DNA from: the human T2T-CHM13v2.0 reference genome, Homo sapiens
Direction: 5' to 3' (one strand)
NCBI RefSeq assembly: GCF_009914755.1
Contig: NC_060930.1
DNA length: 64,000 nucleotides
Of the stretch, positions 58,181-64,000 are shown one piece after another. A program made the translations under genes and the position numbers. The first letter of the stretch is position 1. Every line of letters starts with the position of its first letter. Under the pieces are notes generated by a model, which saw only the letters and a program-made list of their open reading frames with translations, was not told where the DNA came from and did not search any database.

Positions 58181-58915
58181 CGTGAGACATGGAAATTCCT
58201 GTCCTGCCCCTTGAGACAGTTGGGGACTTCAGCAAATGCCTTTACCTCTTTATCTCAGTCTTTTTCTTTTCTTCCCTTCCTTTTTCTTTTTCCTTCCAAG
58301 CTTTGACATGTCAGGGACAGATCAGATGATCTCTGCCCAGTTCTATAAACTCTGTGGAGAGTCATATCATGTTGACACAAAGCTCCTTATGGGAGGAGAC
58401 GATCCTGAGAAAAACAGGTTAAAAACAAGCAGAACTCAGCTTTTACTTTCATCCTCCCCTGGGCACATCTGCTGTCTACCATTCACTCCTGCATTCTCGG
58501 GTTTTGTAGCCTTAAAAGAAATTCCCATGGGAACCACTTTTGGGCTGAAGGATGTTCTCAAAACACAAAAGACCTTGAAACAAAAAAGGCATGCTACTTT
58601 TTAATATTTAAATAAAAATATTTTTAATGGCAAAAAGAAAAAAGAAACTCTCCTTGACTAGGAAATAGAAACAGGTTGAAAGTTTCATTGGATAAGAGAA
58701 GAATTTGGCATCCTGATGGCAAGGGTTGGCTTCAGGCACAATTGTGATGGGGGTGAGATTGGTCTTCAGCAGCCCCTACCTCCAGCACCCTGGCCTTCAG
58801 GAACCCATGGCCCCAGGTTCCCTGTCCAGAGCACAGCCCCCAGGCCCACCCTCCCAGTCCCCTGGCAATGCCCAGGGATGCAGCTTGTTCTCTAGCCAGG
58901 GTTGGTGACAAAACA

Positions 58916-59361
58916 TGTCCGAGAAAAAATTATTCCTGACACTTGTTAAAGAATGGTAAGGCAGACTTTATTCAGCAGGACTATCGAGGTAGGTATCAAG
59001 ACTACCACAGGGGGGTTTTGCAGTGGGCATGAGAGATTGGGCTCAGCTCTTAGTACACAAGGTCAGCAGACGAAAAATTCCTAGAGAAAACATCAAAGGT
59101 AACAGGAGATTCTGCTAAAGTAACCTAGCAGGATTCTGACTGAAGACAGACCAGTGTGATCACATATCACCTAGGAGACGGTGGAGACGAGGAACCTGGT
59201 GAGATACCGAGGATGGGAGATTCCGGCTAAACAGATTTAGCAAGATTCTTGCTAAATTGGGCAATGCAAAGACTGACACGGAAGTCCAAAGGTCAAGGCA
59301 TAGTTGAGAAGAGAGTTCAGAGGATCCTCCTACAGTTTGGTCAAAGAAAGAATCTTGGTCA
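58916..59361 (-). mobile_element. MER31-type ERV1 solo LTR
   Basis: Minus strand TGACCAAGATTCTTTCTTTGACCAAAC...GAATAAAGTCTGCCTTACC...AATTTTTTCTCGGACA. Confidence 0.8.
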
Positions 59362-59467
59362 CATGGCTAGTAACTGTTTACCGAGAGAAGAAGGTGAATA
59401 GGGCTAAATGACAAGAATGAGCTACTTCTTAGAGATAGATCCTTTCATTTTATAAACTCTTTGGTAC

Positions 59468-59802
59468 TGACAAAGAGTTGCTCCATGACCAAAATTTAGT
59501 TAGGCTCCTCTAAGCCCTCTTTTTCATTAGGCCTTGACCGTGGCCCCCCCAATCCTTGTTCTGTCCAGACAAATTTTAGCAAAGAATCCTGCTATGTCGG
59601 TTTAGCCAGAATCTCCCTCCTGCTGAGGTCTCCTCTTAGTAATTCCTAGTCACTTTCCCCCTCACTCTGTTCCTTGCTGTAAATCCCTGCATATCCTTGC
59701 TGCATTTGGGGTTGAACTAAATCTCTCTCTCCTATTGTAATAGTTTTGAATATAGTCTTCCTTGCCATAATGACAAGTGTCAGCATAATTTTTTCTTTAA
59801 CA
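59468..59802 (+). mobile_element. MER31-type ERV1 solo LTR, internally shorter
   Basis: TGACAAAGAG...TTTCTTTAACA with perfect 4-bp TSD gtac (59464-67 / 59803-06). Confidence 0.85.
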
Positions 59803-60038
59803 GTACCCATTAAGTTCCAGGTCTTATTTTTACTTAGATAATCAGACTGAGGCTGACCTGGAAGCACGGAAGGGTCTCACGGGGACAGGGTGTGCTATGG
59901 AAAGACAGGCACGCAAGCAGATAAATGATAAGTTGAGTACCATGACGGTGGTAGGAGTCAGCTGCTATGAGAACCTAGAAAACAAAACAACTAATCCCAA
60001 GCAGGTACACTTTGAGCTGTGTACTACAGAATGAGTAG

Positions 60039-60467
<429 letters not shown>

Positions 60468-61709
60468 TTATACCAGGGGCACAGCTGCTGTTCCTATCCA
60501 TGGGCCATCAGGTGCCCCATCACACCTGGGGTCCTGCCTCAAGGAAAACCCCCATTTCCATCCCGCATGACACGGGGCCCTGCCTCTGCTCTCGTAAAGG
60601 GGTTTACTAAAAAGGAACTCGGGCCCTTTGGCTTAAAATGTCAAAGAGAGGTTGGACTTTTTCCTTAAAAATAAAATATTTCATTTGGTTCTTCCGAAAG
60701 TTACTGATAAGACCAAAAAGGGTAAAGCAGGGAAGGAAGAGTGAGAAGACAAACATTGGCACCAATGCCTGGAAAACGATTCCCTGCGGGTGGAAAATGC
60801 TTCGGTCATTTCTCCCAGGCAAGGCTGGAAGCAAAGAAATCATGAACAGAAGTGCATGGAAAATCCGAGCAAAATATTTTTAGCTGGTTGACCTTTTAGT
60901 AAGAGTAGTATCTCCTTTAAAAGAAAAATTATCGAAAGAATGTTATGTTACTAATACTCAGAAGGGAGGAAGGGAGGGGGCTAAGCCAGAAGTCAGAATA
61001 TTCAAGCTTGCGTGGACTTCTGGGGGGCCTAGGTGCCCAGCAGCTCATCCTTCTGAACCAGGCAGTATCCAATCATTGCTAGCATCTGGCATTCCCATGT
61101 TGAAATGTGTCTGTGGAACCAGCTCTGGATTCTCGAAATATTCCCATATGGCTCCCTCCCGCCCTTTCCCGCCTCCTTCTTCCCTTCTTCCCATTCTTCT
61201 TCCTTCTTTCCCGTCCTCCTTCCAGACCTCCCTAACTTGATTCCGCTGAACCTGGGTGGATTGCTTTGCCGGAATAAACTCTGACCTAATCCCACTCTGG
61301 GCTCTGCAAAATTCTCTGCTGACTGGTTCTTTCTCAAAATACTCCACTGTCCCTCAGACAAAGTCAACTCCAAGTAAAATTATGGAGCATACAAGGCTTC
61401 ATTTTGTTTTGGTTCCCGTCTACCTTTCCTTTTTATAGGCTTTTCATCTCCATTTCTTTTCCCTCTCATCCTAAAATCTCAAGTACTCAGTGTTCCTGTC
61501 GCTTGAAGTCCTCACTGTAGCAGTCTGTCCAGTTCCACTCTGTTTTCCAAAATGGCCTATCCCAGTCACCTTCCACCACTCTCATTCCCTGGGATAGCTG
61601 ATATTGGCTAATTTTTAGAAACAGGCAGAGGGTCAAGGCAATCCACAATTGCCCACAACTGACCTCCCTCTTTATGTGCTGCTTTTCCCATTTTGATATC
61701 TCCCCCCAG

Positions 61710-62201
<492 letters not shown>

Positions 62202-62789
62202 TAATAGTGAAATAGGAAGTTCTAAAGTGGTAACACATTTTCTGCATGCACCTCATTCTATCCATCATATAGGGAATTTCCTGCTGTTCCTTTCTGTTAG
62301 GCTGGCTCCAGCCATGCCTGGGGTCATGACTTCCAAGAGACTCACAGCTGGGTCCTGGGTCGGGGGCGTGGGTCTCAGGGTTGAAAGCTAGATGGGGGAA
62401 CAGGTATCAGGTTACAAAGGTAAGGTTGGGAGTGGGCAGGCTGTCCCTGCAGGGAGCAACCTGGAGGTCTGACTTTGCTGTTGGACCAACTCTTGGAATG
62501 GATACAAGTCTTTTCCTTTTCTCAGAAAGTCTTAGTCTTATTGTGTTCACTCTTCCCTGGACGCTCAAAGTTAAGCTGTTAGAAACTAGTGAGCCTTCAG
62601 GGCATGTGTGCTTTTATTTTAAAGGCTCTGTGTGGTCCAGACCTCCCATGTATATTCCCATTCTCTTCTGTTTAACCAGACAGGGACTTCCAAACCTTTT
62701 TCACTCTTGCCAGACCCAGCGCCACATCTACTGCTGCCCCTCACCTGACCTTACTTGGCAAATGCCTCTGACTCATCCAAGAGGGACTC

Positions 62790-63390
62790 TGCAACCTGTC
62801 TCACCACACTGAATGTTTGCTGTTCTTACCTGTCCCTTTCTCCTTTATCTTTTCAGGAATGATGTCTTCCTCTTCCTCTTACAGGAGAATGTCCCCTTTG
62901 TCCCTGAACTTGAGCATTGGTCCTCCTACAATCTCCGTTGATCTTGTCCCATGACCTGTGTCTTCCATTGCACTGTGACTCTCTCGCTACAGATTATGAA
63001 TAGTCTCACATCTCCCTAGACTCCTACACTGGAAAAAGAAAACCCAAGCCTCCTTCTTCCTTTGAGCTACCAGCACATCTTCCTCCTCCCTCCCAGGGCC
63101 ACCCTTCTTGGAGGTGGAGTGTCCACTCCCAGCCCACACCTGCAGAAGCCTCACCCTCACTCTCTCTCACCGACTTCTTCCACCTCAGCCTTCCTGGATG
63201 CCTGGACCAAAGGACGTTTCCTCAATCATGATCCTCCCCCTCCCCATGCCACGTTAGCCTCCCCTTTTTCAAACTGTGTTTCCCGGGCTGCAGTGGCACT
63301 TCTCTGCCTTGATTTTTCTCATACCCTTGAAATCATTCCTGTGTCTTCTTTCCTAATCTTCCTGCCCTTCCCACTCCCGCTTCTTTCCAA
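62790..63390 (+). mobile_element. Decayed L2 (ORF2 region)
   Basis: C/T-rich sequence with L2-like motifs (ctcagccttcctggatgcc, ttctctgccttg); weak. Confidence 0.4.
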
Positions 63391-64000
63391 ATGTACAGGC
63401 TTTGTTCATTTTCTCTATATGTACATTCTAGCCTTATTTTTCTTTCTTCTTTGGACTTTATCTGTTACCTCTGCGAATGGCCCCTGGAAGTGGGGATGAT
63501 ATCAGTGGGTGTGCACCAGCCCAGCTGTGCCCATTGTTCACAGTATGCCCATTTCCATGGCTATTGCCTGTGCCTTACTGGTTATTTGATATTTAGAATA
63601 TTTGTCCTGCCTAGGAGTCCTTCCTCCAAGATACCTCAAAATCTGTAATTATATAAGACAGGAGAGGTTCTGAAGCAACAGCTATGAGTCAAGAAAAATA
63701 GCCACTCAAAAGACTTTTCATTTAGTTCATTTAGTAAGAATTGCTTCTTTGAGATCCTGCTCACAAGGCCTGGGTGACAAAAGCCCACTTCCCCACCCTC
63801 TTCTGCTCCTCTCTCCCAATGGAAGTCACTTCTTCCTTCTTTGTGCTCCTACAGCACTTTATTTGGGTCTGTAATTACACATCATTATTAATAATGTACA
63901 CTCTGCCCTTTATTATTTGTGTATGTCTGTCTTTATCTCTGCAATGACTATTGGTTTTTCATTTCCTGTAGTGATTTAAAATACGTACCCATCATGGGAT

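Overview
Primate (most likely human) genomic DNA: AT-rich, CpG-depleted and dense in Alu, L1, MIR, L2, LTR and DNA-transposon relics. The only protein-coding gene I can support is TMEM170B on the + strand. Coding exon 2 (26036-26206) and the coding part of exon 3 (35800-35930) are present with canonical splice sites. They are followed by a long (~8 kb), repeat-poor 3' UTR that probably ends after the AATAAA pair at 43830/43869. Exon 1 and the promoter lie upstream of the window, so 1-26035 is intron 1 and ~43900-64000 is downstream flank. The other ORFs in the track are transposon-derived or chance. I found no new gene system. The most interesting unexplained structure is a diverged ~115-nt module present twice in the 3' UTR (41106-41216 and 43145-43264); each copy keeps a UGCAUG motif, a miR-30 8mer and a small hairpin. 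Also notable are a near full-length dead Tigger1, several nested insertions with intact TSDs, a head-to-head MER31-type LTR pair and two template-switch-like micro-rearrangements. Repeat subfamily names come from recalled consensus sequences, not from a search, and need RepeatMasker/Dfam confirmation. Boundaries of old repeats are approximate.
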